Below, one piece after another: positions 47,706 to 58,715 of a stretch of DNA of 64,000 nucleotides; position 1 is the first letter of the stretch; the number at the start of each line of letters is the position of its first letter. The translations under genes and the position numbers were made by a program. This stretch comes from Alloascoidea hylecoeti (Eukaryota), in assembly GCA_001600815.1 (NCBI GenBank), contig BCKZ01000003.1:124001-188000 (forward strand), given 5' to 3'. The notes under the pieces are model-generated. The model was not told the origin of the DNA, made no database searches, and saw only the letters and a program-made list of their open reading frames with translations.

Positions 47706-48208
47706 ATATTTCTGAATACATATATTTTTGTTTGACTCTGTAAAATTTTGTGTATTTCTTCATTCTGGTTGAACCAATCGAGCTCCATCGGTTTCTGCCA
47801 ATTCCAACACCCAATTGTTATATATTTGACTTTTCTTCTCACATCTCATCAAAATTTCTAAATTCTCTTGAAGTTGTCATAAAATACTCATGATCAGCTT
47901 AAAAGATCCACAGAAAACATTTAATTCAACAATTTTATAATCATTCATCGTTCTTATTTGTTTTTTTGTCAAATCTCCTCTGTAGATTTAACGTTTCTCA
48001 ATAATATAATTCCTCTCCCAAATTTTTACATTTCATTCATCACGACGGAAGGAAACAAGAACAAGAAAAAATTTTCTAATATTATTAACCAACAACAGAA
48101 TTACAAGAAAAACAAATTCTCTAAGATTTTTAAAACATTCATTTAAAGATATATTTCTATATATAATAATAATACTACTAGATATCATTCACTAGTGAAA
48201 CGAAAATT

Positions 48209-51200
48209 ATGGGTAAAACTATACACCATCCTTCTTCCTCGCGAAAACACAAAAGCGTGATAATATCAGATTGGGACCCAGATTCTTCTTCAACAGAATA
48301 CATAATTGATAAGAATAAAATAGGAATAGATAATGGTGATGACTATGATGACGACCCAACGATACCTATCGATCAAAAAGGTGAAATCTTCGCCAATAAT
48401 CAACATCATGTTAGTTTTATACAAGAACCGGATGATGAACCTTTAGATTATGGACCATCAGATTCGGAAATGAGTCAATATTCCGAAGTTAAGGATGAAA
48501 ATTCCACCCATGAGCGACAAAATGGATATCAACGCGAGGAATATGATCATGACACATCAGATGCTGAACAAATTAATGAAAACGACAATAATAGCAATAA
48601 CGATGATATTGATGAAACGACTCATGTTTTATCAAAAAAGAAAAGATCTTATAATAAAAATCATAATAATCAAGATATCCCAATAAATCGTCAATTATTC
48701 CTTGATCTCGAAGATAAAACAGAAGAAGCTTTAAATACTTTCGCCATTCTAGATGAATGTTATTATAGTAAACGACACATTGCAGATTCTGGGCTTGATG
48801 AACTGATGACCTGTGATTGTCGACCATCATGGAGTACGTATTTTTCTTCACATTCCTTCTAAACACAAAAAAAATTGATATTTGAGAATATGTTTATTAA
48901 TCAACTAAATAACTAACTAAAATGTGTTTATAGGTGGCGAGATTAATCATGCTTGCGGGGAATCCTCCGATTGCATTAATCGTCTGACTTCCGTTGAATG
49001 TGTCGCAGGAAATTGTAACTGTGGTCCTCATTGTCAAAATGAAAGATTTCAACGCAAGGAATATTCAGAGGTAGCAGTTATTCAAACCGAGAAAAAAGGC
49101 TATGGTCTTCGTGCTGAAACTAATATATCTCAAGATACTTTTATTTATGAATATATTGGTGAAGTTATTGATGAATTAAAATTTAGGAAACGTATGGTTC
49201 ATTATGATGCAATAGGTTATAAACATTTTTATTTTATGATGCTACAAAAAGGTGAATATATTGATGCAACTGAAAAAGGAGCTCTTGGTCGATTTTGTAA
49301 TCATTCATGTAATCCTAATAGTTATGTTGAAAAATGGGTTGTTAATGATAAATTAAGAATGGGTATATTTGCAAAAAGAGATATCTTAAAAGGTGAAGAA
49401 ATAACTTTTGATTACAATGTTGATAGATATGGTGCAGATGCTCAAAAATGTTATTGTGGTGAACCAAATTGTATTGGAATTATAGGTGGTAAAACTCAAA
49501 CTGAATCAGTTTCAAAATTATCAAATTCTTTATATGATGCTCTAGGAATTGTTAATGATGATGATTTTATTCAACAAGTTTCTTGGATAACTGTTTCTGG
49601 TAAAAAGAAAAGAAAGAAGAAACGATCAGAAGATGATGAAGATTATGAAGAATCTGAAGAATTTATTTCAAAACTTTCAATTAAAGCTATTGATCATGAT
49701 GATGAAGTATCTAAAATTATGAGTGGACTATTAACAAGTCAAGAAAAATGGATCACCAAAAAATTAATTGAACGTATTTATAAAACTGAAGACTTTGCCA
49801 TTCAAAATAGAGTGATTAGAATGCATGGCTATCAAATTTTTAATACTATTCTTCGTGATAATATGAAATCACCTTCAACAACAATTAATACTGATAATAA
49901 TAACAAGAGTAAATCAGAATCACCTTCAACCACAGAAACAACACCTATACAACCCATAGATGATGTTCCTGAAACAGCCAAGGAAAGAGATTTACGTGAA
50001 AGTATTGTTATTGGAATCCTAAAAGTTCTTACAAACTGGCCGAAGCTCACAAAGAATAAAATATCATCTTCTAAAATTGAATCAACCATTAAAGAGTTGG
50101 TTCAAGAAAATTCGGTGAATAAAGAAGTGTTTAATGAAGAAATTAGAAGTTTAGGGCAAGCATTATTAGATGAATGGAGTAAGTTGAAAATGGCATACAG
50201 AATACCAAAAAGAGAAAAACATGATAATCCTATCTCTAACAATAATGGGAAGAAGAGTGAAAGTGTTGAATCATCCCCAAATACACCAAATTCAACACAA
50301 TCCCCTCCTGAACGCTCTTATGACAATAATCATTATAAAACCCCGAATTATAATGATAGAAATTATAATTATCCTCATTATAATAAATTTGATCGTCAGT
50401 CTACATCAAGATCATCTCATGGTTATTCTGATTCAAATGGATATAATTATGATCATTATCATGAGGATCATGGTGAAAATAAAAAATGGCCAATAAAAAG
50501 AAATTATTCGGCAAATGGTTATCATCAATATAATAAAGATGCGACTAAAAAGCATTTAGATAAACCGCGACATAATGATTATAATCGAAAGGGTAGACCA
50601 TCTGGAGATTTAAGAAGTCAAATAATTGATCGGAAAAGAACAAAAGATCCTAGAACCTCTAAAGATTTTAATGGCTATCAAAGAGATTTAAGTGAAAAAA
50701 GCACACCAGAAAATGAAAAAGAAAGTCCAAAACAAAAAACTGCTGCTGAAAAAGCGGCTATTGATAAACAAAGTCTACAAGAAATAATAGATGCTGCAAA
50801 TAAAGCCCTTCAAGAAAAGCAATTACAAAAAGAAGCCTTGATGGAAATGGTAGAGGAAGAAAAACGTAAAAAAGATGCAGAAGAACAAGAACTTATTAAA
50901 CTAAAGCAATCGAAAGAACGGGATCAGAAAACGCGCAAAAATGCTTTGCCTTTAGATAAGCAATGGAATAGGCTTGTAAGTATTATTTTTTTTTTGTTGA
51001 TATTTGGAAAAAGAAGAGAGATATGAAATACTAATTTTTTTTGCAGTTTGCTAAATATGTCCCTAATATGCTCATTAAGTATGAAGAAACTCTTGGTCAT
51101 GAAAACCTAAAGGAATGTGCACGTGAAATTGTTCATTCCCTTACCGAAAAAGAGTTGAAGAAAAATGGTGATATTCCTCCCAGGGAAATCAACAATGCTA

Positions 51201-51406
51201 AAAAGTCGAAGATCAGGATTTTTGCTATTAGTTACATGGATAAAGTTATGTTAAAATATAAAAATAAGAAAAAGATCAAATCACATCATCGTTCTGGGGA
51301 CAGCGCTAAAAAGTATGAAAACGGAAGTGAGAAAATCAAAAATCAAAATGGTAAAAGACCTGCAACTGAAAATTCTAATGAGTCTCCTGGGAAGAAACAT
51401 TTTTAA
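48209..51406 (+). CDS. SET2: Histone H3K36 methyltransferase, 3 exons (48209-48833, 48934-50975, 51047-51406), ~1008 aa
   Basis: AWS (CGESSDCINRLTSVEC), SET (RFCNHSCNPN, EEITFDY), post-SET (CYCGEPNCIG) and C-terminal SRI domain (FAKYVPN...LTEKELKK); 3027 nt in frame. Confidence 0.95.
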
Positions 51407-51814
51407 AATAGTGTATCTCTTGTATATTACCGGTCTATTTAGCTGATAGGCTATGACTTTGTTTCCTTCGTTGAAAAACTCGGGAGCAAGTTCCGACATT
51501 TGTTTTATGTTTATATAGGTTTCTGGTCAGACGCTGTTTTTAGAATAATATCTTTTTTTACTAACGGTCGCTCTATCAGATTAGTATTATTATTATTATA
51601 AGTCTGGTCAGTTAGCTTATGAAAAACGGGGAACGACCTGCCTTATCTAGTACTACACCCGTTCGTACGGCCAATTTAGAGAATAACCGCGAAAATTAGA
51701 TATAATGTAATAAAACCTTATAGATTTAAAAGTGGAATTCTTTCCCCTCCTCTTCTTCTTCTTCTTTTTTTCCTTCTCAAGAAATCAATTGCAATTGAAT
51801 AAACTGATTTGAAA

Positions 51815-53245
51815 ATGTCTGAATCTGACGTTGCTGCCCTGTTTTTCCCAGAAGAGCCCACTACTCCTGTTTTAAACGTGTCTTTTCCTGGTCCTAAAGT
51901 TAATGCTGCTAAAAAGGAATTGGGTGAAGTCTTCGATATTAGAGCTGCCTATTTTATTGTTGATTATTATAAATCAATTGGCAATTATATTGCAGATGCA
52001 GACGGAAATCTTTATCTAGATGTTTACTCCCAGATCTCATCAATTGCCCTTGGCTATAACAACCCCGAGATCTTGGCAGCTGCAGCTTCTAAGGAGGCAT
52101 TAATATCTTTAGCTAATAGACCTGCGTTAGGAAACTTCCCCTCTACTGATTATGGAAAAATCCTCAAGGAAGGTATTTTGGCGGCTGCACCGAAAGGATT
52201 AGATAAGGTGTGGACAGCTTTATCGGGAAGTGATGCTAATGAGACTGCATTTAAAGCTGCATTTATGTATCACCAACAAAAAAAGAGAGAAAAAGCAGGA
52301 ATTAATGGCTTCACACAAGAAGAAGAAAACTCGGTTATGAAAAATGAAGCACCCGGTGCACCAGAACTCGCAATTCTTTCATTTGAGCGGGGTTTTCATG
52401 GTAGACTGTTTGGATCGCTTTCTACGACCCGATCGAAGCCTATTCATAAATTAGATATACCTCAATTTAAATGGCCAACTGCCCCGTTCCCGCATCTATC
52501 TTATCCGCTCGATCAGTATGAAAATGAAAATGCTATCGAAGAAAAAAGATGTCTATCTAAGCTCGAAGAAACTCTTAAAACATGGCCTACTCCAATTGCA
52601 GCTGTAATTATTGAACCTGTTCAGTCAGAAGGTGGTGACAATCATGCATCAAGTGCTTTCTTTCAGGGAATCAGAGATCTTACATTGAAGTATGGCGTTT
52701 TGCTCATAATTGACGAGGTTCAGACTGGTGTAGCTGCCTCAGGTAGATTCTGGGCACACGAACATTTCAATTTATCTCCTCCTCCAGATATGGTAACATT
52801 CTCCAAAAAGTTCCAAGCAGCAGGTTTTTACTTTGTTAACCCAGAACTTCAACCTAACTTGCCATTTAGACAGTTTAACACTTGGTGTGGAGATCCCTCC
52901 AAAGCCATTATCGCAAGAGCTATTTATCAGCAAATTGAGAAACATAATTTGGTAACTAAGACGGCCGAGACAGGTGCTTATTTGTATGGTTTATTAGAAC
53001 AGTTACAACAAAAATATCCAGAACATATTCAAAATTTAAGAGGTAAAGACTTCGGTACTTACATCGCATGGGATGAAAAAACCTCAGAATTGAGAGATCG
53101 ATTTATGGCAAATGCGAAAAATCAAGGATTGAATATTGGTGGATGTGGTGTTCGAGCCATCCGGTTGAGACCAACCCTAACCTTTGGCAAGAAACATGCC
53201 GATTTATTCATCACCTTGGTCGAGAAAACTATTAATACTTTGTGA
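51815..53245 (+). CDS. UGA1: 4-aminobutyrate (GABA) aminotransferase, ~476 aa
   Basis: FHGRLFGSLSTTRSKPIHKLDIP, IEPVQSEGGDNHAS, DEVQTG and DMVTFSKK (PLP lysine). Confidence 0.97.
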   Translation: MSESDVAALFFPEEPTTPVLNVSFPGPKVNAAKKELGEVFDIRAAYFIVDYYKSIGNYIADADGNLYLDVYSQISSIALGYNNPEILAAAASKEALISLANRPALGNFPSTDYGKILKEGILAAAPKGLDKVWTALSGSDANETAFKAAFMYHQQKKREKAGINGFTQEEENSVMKNEAPGAPELAILSFERGFHGRLFGSLSTTRSKPIHKLDIPQFKWPTAPFPHLSYPLDQYENENAIEEKRCLSKLEETLKTWPTPIAAVIIEPVQSEGGDNHASSAFFQGIRDLTLKYGVLLIIDEVQTGVAASGRFWAHEHFNLSPPPDMVTFSKKFQAAGFYFVNPELQPNLPFRQFNTWCGDPSKAIIARAIYQQIEKHNLVTKTAETGAYLYGLLEQLQQKYPEHIQNLRGKDFGTYIAWDEKTSELRDRFMANAKNQGLNIGGCGVRAIRLRPTLTFGKKHADLFITLVEKTINTL

Positions 53246-53995
53246 ATAATTTACCGTTGGCTATCTATAATTATAATATGCATATGTATCAAATATAATT
53301 GTGTACAAACCTGCTTAAAATTATTGGGGTGTGATTATAAGGTTTTAATCCTTGTAAAGGAGAGAGGAGCCATTCTGAAATAAATCTATTGTTGTATGAG
53401 CACTTGATGAACCAGAAACTAGCTTGTCTCATATTTTATACCGGCGAAATATGATCTGTTACTAGACTGCTATTATTAATTATAAGAGTCTGGACTTAAA
53501 TATAATATTGAATCATTGATTGATATATGGTAGCAGCTGCAGTCACGTAGATATAATGGAACCGACCGATATAATCCTTTTAAATGTTTGGTCCTACTCA
53601 AAAAAACGGATCGTATAAACCTCAACGCGTACCTATGCGAATAATAACAATCTCTCTGTTTGTACGTAATACGTATACGAAGTAATAATTATACATCATT
53701 AATAAAATCTTGCAATTGACTAGTTAAGAGCTACGACGCACTACATACTTGTATAAAATATAATTAGGATATAAATGTTTACTCCCACTCAATTTCTTCA
53801 TTAAAAGAATTCATTATAAAGACAATCCTAGCAATATTTACTGATCTTTTTCTATTAAACAACTTCGCATGTTCATCACAAGTACACTCCTTCTAATTAA
53901 ATTATGTAATTTGTAATTTTTGGAGACAATTAACAGTGATTATATCAACATACAACTAACCACATCATGCAAATGCTAACTATTTAAATCTAGAT

Positions 53996-55078
53996 TTATC
54001 GTCGTTTTGTTTTTGATTGGGGTTGAATTTTATTATTTCCATTACCGTTAGCATTGACATCAGAAGTAATCACAGCTCTATCCAAAGCCTTATTAGAGGA
54101 AGAGCGTAGATCGCTAGTAGAATCTGGAGATGAAGGAGGATCATATTCAATATCAATACCTGCACCACTAGCCTCTATCTCGAATTTCTTTACTAGCTTC
54201 CTCCATCTATAGCGAACTGATTGACTATCTCTTTTATTCAATTTGATAGCATATGATGTGTAATTCTGTCTCGGTAATGTTGAGAGCACCATTTCCAATA
54301 GTTTACAATCATCTTCGGGGGTCCAATGGGTATTCGAAGCCTTTAATCTCTTTGATTGTTTCTTCTTAATAGGTGCCGCTTGAACTACTTCAATTGGAAT
54401 ACCTTCGAGTGAGCTAGTACTTGCTATACTTTCATTGGACTCAGAAAACTCTTGGTCGTAATTATTATAACCTTGGTTGTGGGAATGAGATCCAGAGTAG
54501 CGTGTGAGAAGGTCATATTCGGATATTTGAACATTGTTTCTTGTAGGGGGAAACGAAGTCACTCCATTTGCTACTGAACCATTACTGTATTCTGGAATTG
54601 AAGGAAACCCGCCACCTCTGTGATTATGATGACCATTACGATGAATTGAGGAATCAGAAACACCAATTTGGTTAATCATGGAGGACACCTCTGATACCAC
54701 ATTATGTTGATGCCTTGGAACTGAATGAGAAGACGAATGGTGGCCCCGGTGTCGCTGTTGTGAATGTGAATTATCGCGATGATCGGTGTTAATGGGTGGC
54801 ATAAATGTCTCCTTGTGTGAGGTGGTTCCATTTGTCGCGCCATTTTGAGAATGATAATTTTGAGATGGTTGATTACCATTATAAGACAACCTCCTAACTG
54901 GAGAAACAAGACCATTTTGAGAGTCAATATGCTTTCTTGATGTAGGGAGTCCAAGCTCAGGGGATACAGAATTAACAGCCGATGAAGATTGAGAGTTTGC
55001 ACTTCTGGAGCTTCTTTTCCCATCGGATATACCTTCTCTACCAGCTTTTTGTTCGTTTAATAATTTTGAGAGATTCAT
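53996..55078 (-). CDS. Low-complexity protein with one Myb/SANT-like domain, putative transcription regulator, 360 aa
   Basis: Intact 360-codon ORF with HWTPEDDCKLLEMV...KLNKRDSQSVRYRWRKL (Myb-type W..W/R pattern) preceded by a basic NLS-like KKKQSKR. Confidence 0.75.
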   Translation of the reverse strand: MNLSKLLNEQKAGREGISDGKRSSRSANSQSSSAVNSVSPELGLPTSRKHIDSQNGLVSPVRRLSYNGNQPSQNYHSQNGATNGTTSHKETFMPPINTDHRDNSHSQQRHRGHHSSSHSVPRHQHNVVSEVSSMINQIGVSDSSIHRNGHHNHRGGGFPSIPEYSNGSVANGVTSFPPTRNNVQISEYDLLTRYSGSHSHNQGYNNYDQEFSESNESIASTSSLEGIPIEVVQAAPIKKKQSKRLKASNTHWTPEDDCKLLEMVLSTLPRQNYTSYAIKLNKRDSQSVRYRWRKLVKKFEIEASGAGIDIEYDPPSSPDSTSDLRSSSNKALDRAVITSDVNANGNGNNKIQPQSKTKRR

Positions 55079-56163
55079 ATTCTGAGATAAATACAGTTAA
55101 TTTTAAAGGTCCAAACTAATTATATCAATATATAGAATCTAATTAGTGAAAAGAACGTTAAAGTTATAGGAATATTAAGAACCATTGAGTAATTGCTCAC
55201 ATACCTTATCACTGCTATAAAGGGAGAAGAGGGGGGAAGGGATTATAAAGAGTAATATTCCACAGTGATAATAACAGGAGAGGTTATTTATCGGTGAAGT
55301 TAAGAGTATTTTATATCTCAGTAAAAAAGATGTACAAAATATACATAATAGCGATTAAGTCTGGTCACATAAAACAAGCATCAATTTAAAAATAAATAAA
55401 ATAACAATTAAATGAGTTAGGATAATAATGAGTCCAAGAGAAAGTTATTAAATCTAAATGTCAATATCAATATTAAGGAGGAAGTTGTGCGATAAGATAG
55501 GTTACCAGGTTAATCGGTATGTCAAGTACCATAGACAAAGACTTTTCATTTCCTTTAACAGTTTAACTTGAGCTTATAATAATTGTATAATGTGAGTATA
55601 AGTTTTAATAATAATGATATACCATATTATGGTTAAATGAATATAGTAAGTCCCTCGGACTAGTTCAAAAACATATTCATCCCTGGCTATAAACAAATAG
55701 TGCACATGCATCATATAATTATGAAGATTTATGTTTCCTTTCATTTATAATTAAGCTTAAAAGTATACCATACCAGTCAGTCTGCAGGATGGGAAATAAT
55801 AAATCGTTGAAAAGTTTAGCACCGGTCTGTAGAGCGGTAGACCTGCAAAAGTGTAATTATGGGAATTGATACATATGGACGGATAACATGTTGCATTTAA
55901 AGTAAATTTAAATGTATTCGTGTAGCTAATGTTGCAATTGATCAGATTTAAGGGGAGAGTAGCATCCACCCAAACAAGTATGATATACCTTTATATTTCA
56001 AAAATTGATTTATACCCCGTAAATCGTAAATCTTAAAGTTTAAATCTGGTAGGATCACAATATTATTAAGAGCTTAGTCATTTTAAATTTTAACATCCGT
56101 TCGCCCGAATCGTATCTCAAATCAATATTAATTAGTACTCCTATTATTCAATCAAAAAGTCCA

Positions 56164-57366
56164 ATGCTCCCCAGTAGTCGCTCGATTTTGTTTTCAATTA
56201 GGAAGCCAACCATTTCAGTACAGTTTTTTCGTTCAGTTGTTACTTCAAGTGCAATTGTCTACTCGAAATATGGTACTCCGGCTGAGGTTGTGAAGTATGT
56301 TATTTTTGTCCTTGTCTTTTGAAGTGAGGTCTAACTTCTCATATTTATGACTAGGCTCCATCAATATCAATTGGATGATCCCACAGATTCTCAAGTTCTC
56401 ATTCGTAATCTTGCATCTCCAATAAACCCGGCTGACATTAACCAATTGGAAGGTGTATATCCCTCAAGACCGAAGTTTTCAACAGATCTTGGAACTTCCG
56501 AGCCCTCCGCTGTGGGAGGAAATGAAGGTCTATTCGAAGTATTTCAAGTGGGTCCAAAACAGTCGAATCTGAAAGTAGGTGATTGGGTCCTTCCAAAATT
56601 GCCCAACTTTGGTACCTGGAGAAGTCATGCGCTTACTGAAGAATCTGATCTTGTTAAGGTAACAAAAGATGGAATCACCTTGGAACAAGCTGCTACAGTC
56701 TCTGTCAACCCTTCTACCGCTTATCTCATGCTAAAGCTTTTTACTGACTTAAACCCCGGTGATTGGTTTATTCAAAATGGAGCAAACTCTGCTGTTGGAA
56801 GAGCTGCAATCCAAATAGCAAAGAGTAGAGGTATAAACTCAATTAATGTTGTTAGAAGTCGTGATAATTTGCAAGAACTTGTTGATGAATTAACTTTATT
56901 AGGAGCAACCCACGTCATTACAGAAGAAGAATCGGGAGATAGAGAGTTCAGCAAGACTATCAAAGAATGGATCGGATCTTCATCTATTCAATTGGCTTTG
57001 AATTGTGTTGGGGGTAAATCGAGCACCAATATTGCCCGAAAACTAGGCCATGGAGGTCATTTGGTTACATATGGTGGAATGTCAAAGAAGCCCATTTCTC
57101 TTCCTACCTCTTTATTCATTTTCAAGAGCATAACCTGCCATGGTTTTTGGATGACTGAAATCACCAATAAACGTCCTAATACCAAAGTAGAAACAATCGA
57201 AGAAATTTTCAATTTGTATAGAAAGGGGGAATTTAAAGATGCCCCGGTTCAAATCCACAAAACAGGTGATAAATCCCCTGAAGATAAGCTTCAGACATTC
57301 CAGGAGGCATTGTCTAACAGCTTGAAGGGTTTTAGTGGGAAGAAGCAAGTTGTGGTTTATGAGTAA
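56164..57366 (+). CDS. ETR1: Mitochondrial 2-enoyl thioester (enoyl-ACP) reductase, 2 exons (56164-56294, 56355-57366), ~380 aa
   Basis: Arg/Ser-rich presequence, ASPINPADINQLEGVYP, GGNEG, VNPSTAY, QNGANSAVG and VTYGGMS; 60-nt GTATGT..CTAAC..TAG intron. Confidence 0.95.
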
Positions 57367-57933
57367 TTGGCGCATAAATGTGGGGCATTTGAGTAGCCTT
57401 ATAAACACAAAAATCTAAAAAAAGAAAAGCATATACTTCCGATATGAAATAGAGTTGAAGTTGATATTTAAATCGTAAATGTAATAAGCTGGAGATGATT
57501 CACTAATTTGTAACATTCTAGACATATATTTCTCTGTGGCTTGAGCTTTTGTGGCAACGTTCCTCAATATCACTAATAATCATACTCATTGCCCAATCAA
57601 GCTTTACGGGTATTATATTCAATTATTACCATGTAACTAATCCTTGAGAATGGATCAAATAGAAGATGAGATATGAATTCGAAGTTAGATCTAGAGTACT
57701 ATATGGTCAGTTGTTGTGTGCCGTTCCCATTCTTTTGTGCTCTATTTATCGCTAATTATTGCAACTATCTACTCTTTATATTTGTTATTTGTTTATTAAC
57801 CTTATTCAAATTTCCTAACTGTGTATACAATACTGTACATATAAGCTTATATGGCATAACTGTGCCTATATCTTATGCTTGACTGAGTAATATACGAACT
57901 AATTTGGACTAGGTACTATTGTAAACCTCAGCA

Positions 57934-57969
57934 AGGTAGTGTTCCTAACTTAGGTAGTGTTCCTAACTT
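57934..57969. repeat. Exact 18-bp tandem duplication AGGTAGTGTTCCTAACTT x2
   Basis: Read directly; followed by a TATATATATAA tract. Confidence 0.9.
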
Positions 57970-58002
57970 CCTATATATATAAGATTGCAAATAATATAGC
58001 AA

Positions 58003-58715
58003 ATGTATTTAGATAGAGGTGGATCATGGAATATATTGGGTCTGATCAACGTATGGTTATATTCAAATTTTGCGTTATTAGAATTTAGAATCTTCATGAT
58101 GATATTCCATGAATCTAATAAAATATCTGATAATTAAAGACTGCAGCTGAACATATTTGGGAATTTAAAGCTATTCTTTAGATCATATATATTTTTAAAA
58201 CTAAAGAAAGCTGGGTTTTTATTATACATACCTGGCTATTTATTGCGTTGTTTAATTCGAAGAGTGATACTCATCATTATAAATTTAAAGGTGATCCCAA
58301 GGGTATTGACAATACTAAAAGTCTAAACACGCTGTGGGCATTGTATTCTGAGGAAGGGTTAGAATTGGCGCCATTGGGTGCACGTGGAAGATATTCGATG
58401 GTCGCATTGATAAGCTGCAATACGACTACAACATGATCAGTCATTTCATTTCACTTATATCAGCCATGGTACGATAGTTATTTCATTAACAATAAAGGGC
58501 AAGAGGCGACAGTAAATTTATCTCTTAAAAATCTAAAAGAAAAGACTTGCAAAATTTCCAAGCCACAGTTGCAGAATGAACGTATCATTAATCTCCTAAA
58601 TTTCTTATTTGAGTTAAATGATATTGTTGCAAATTGCAATAACAACGGTGTAGAGTTACAAACAATTGTACTGATTTCAACTGAGAAGAAAATGAAGTGG
58701 GTAACTACGGAATAA
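58003..58715 (+). pseudogene. Possible decayed coding remnant of unknown origin
   Basis: A 44-codon ORF starts at ATG 58003. A different frame is open 58182-58715 (~178 codons) with a single internal TGA at 58434. No recognisable domain. Confidence 0.35.

Noticed and set aside
20451..51406. Apparently split or truncated ORFs for MSH3, the kinase, APS3, CTR2, OPI3, STE6, UBA1 and SET2, suggesting pseudogenes or frameshifting
   Set aside because: All are fully explained by short GT-AG introns with branch points that restore conserved motifs in frame.
403..57408. Many 60-170 aa ORF-track entries antisense to or overlapping real genes (e.g. 403-738, 3016-3435, 15765-16064, 35750-36223, 38612-39121)
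   Set aside because: Shadow frames of conserved genes with biased codon usage; often non-ATG starts and no independent motifs.
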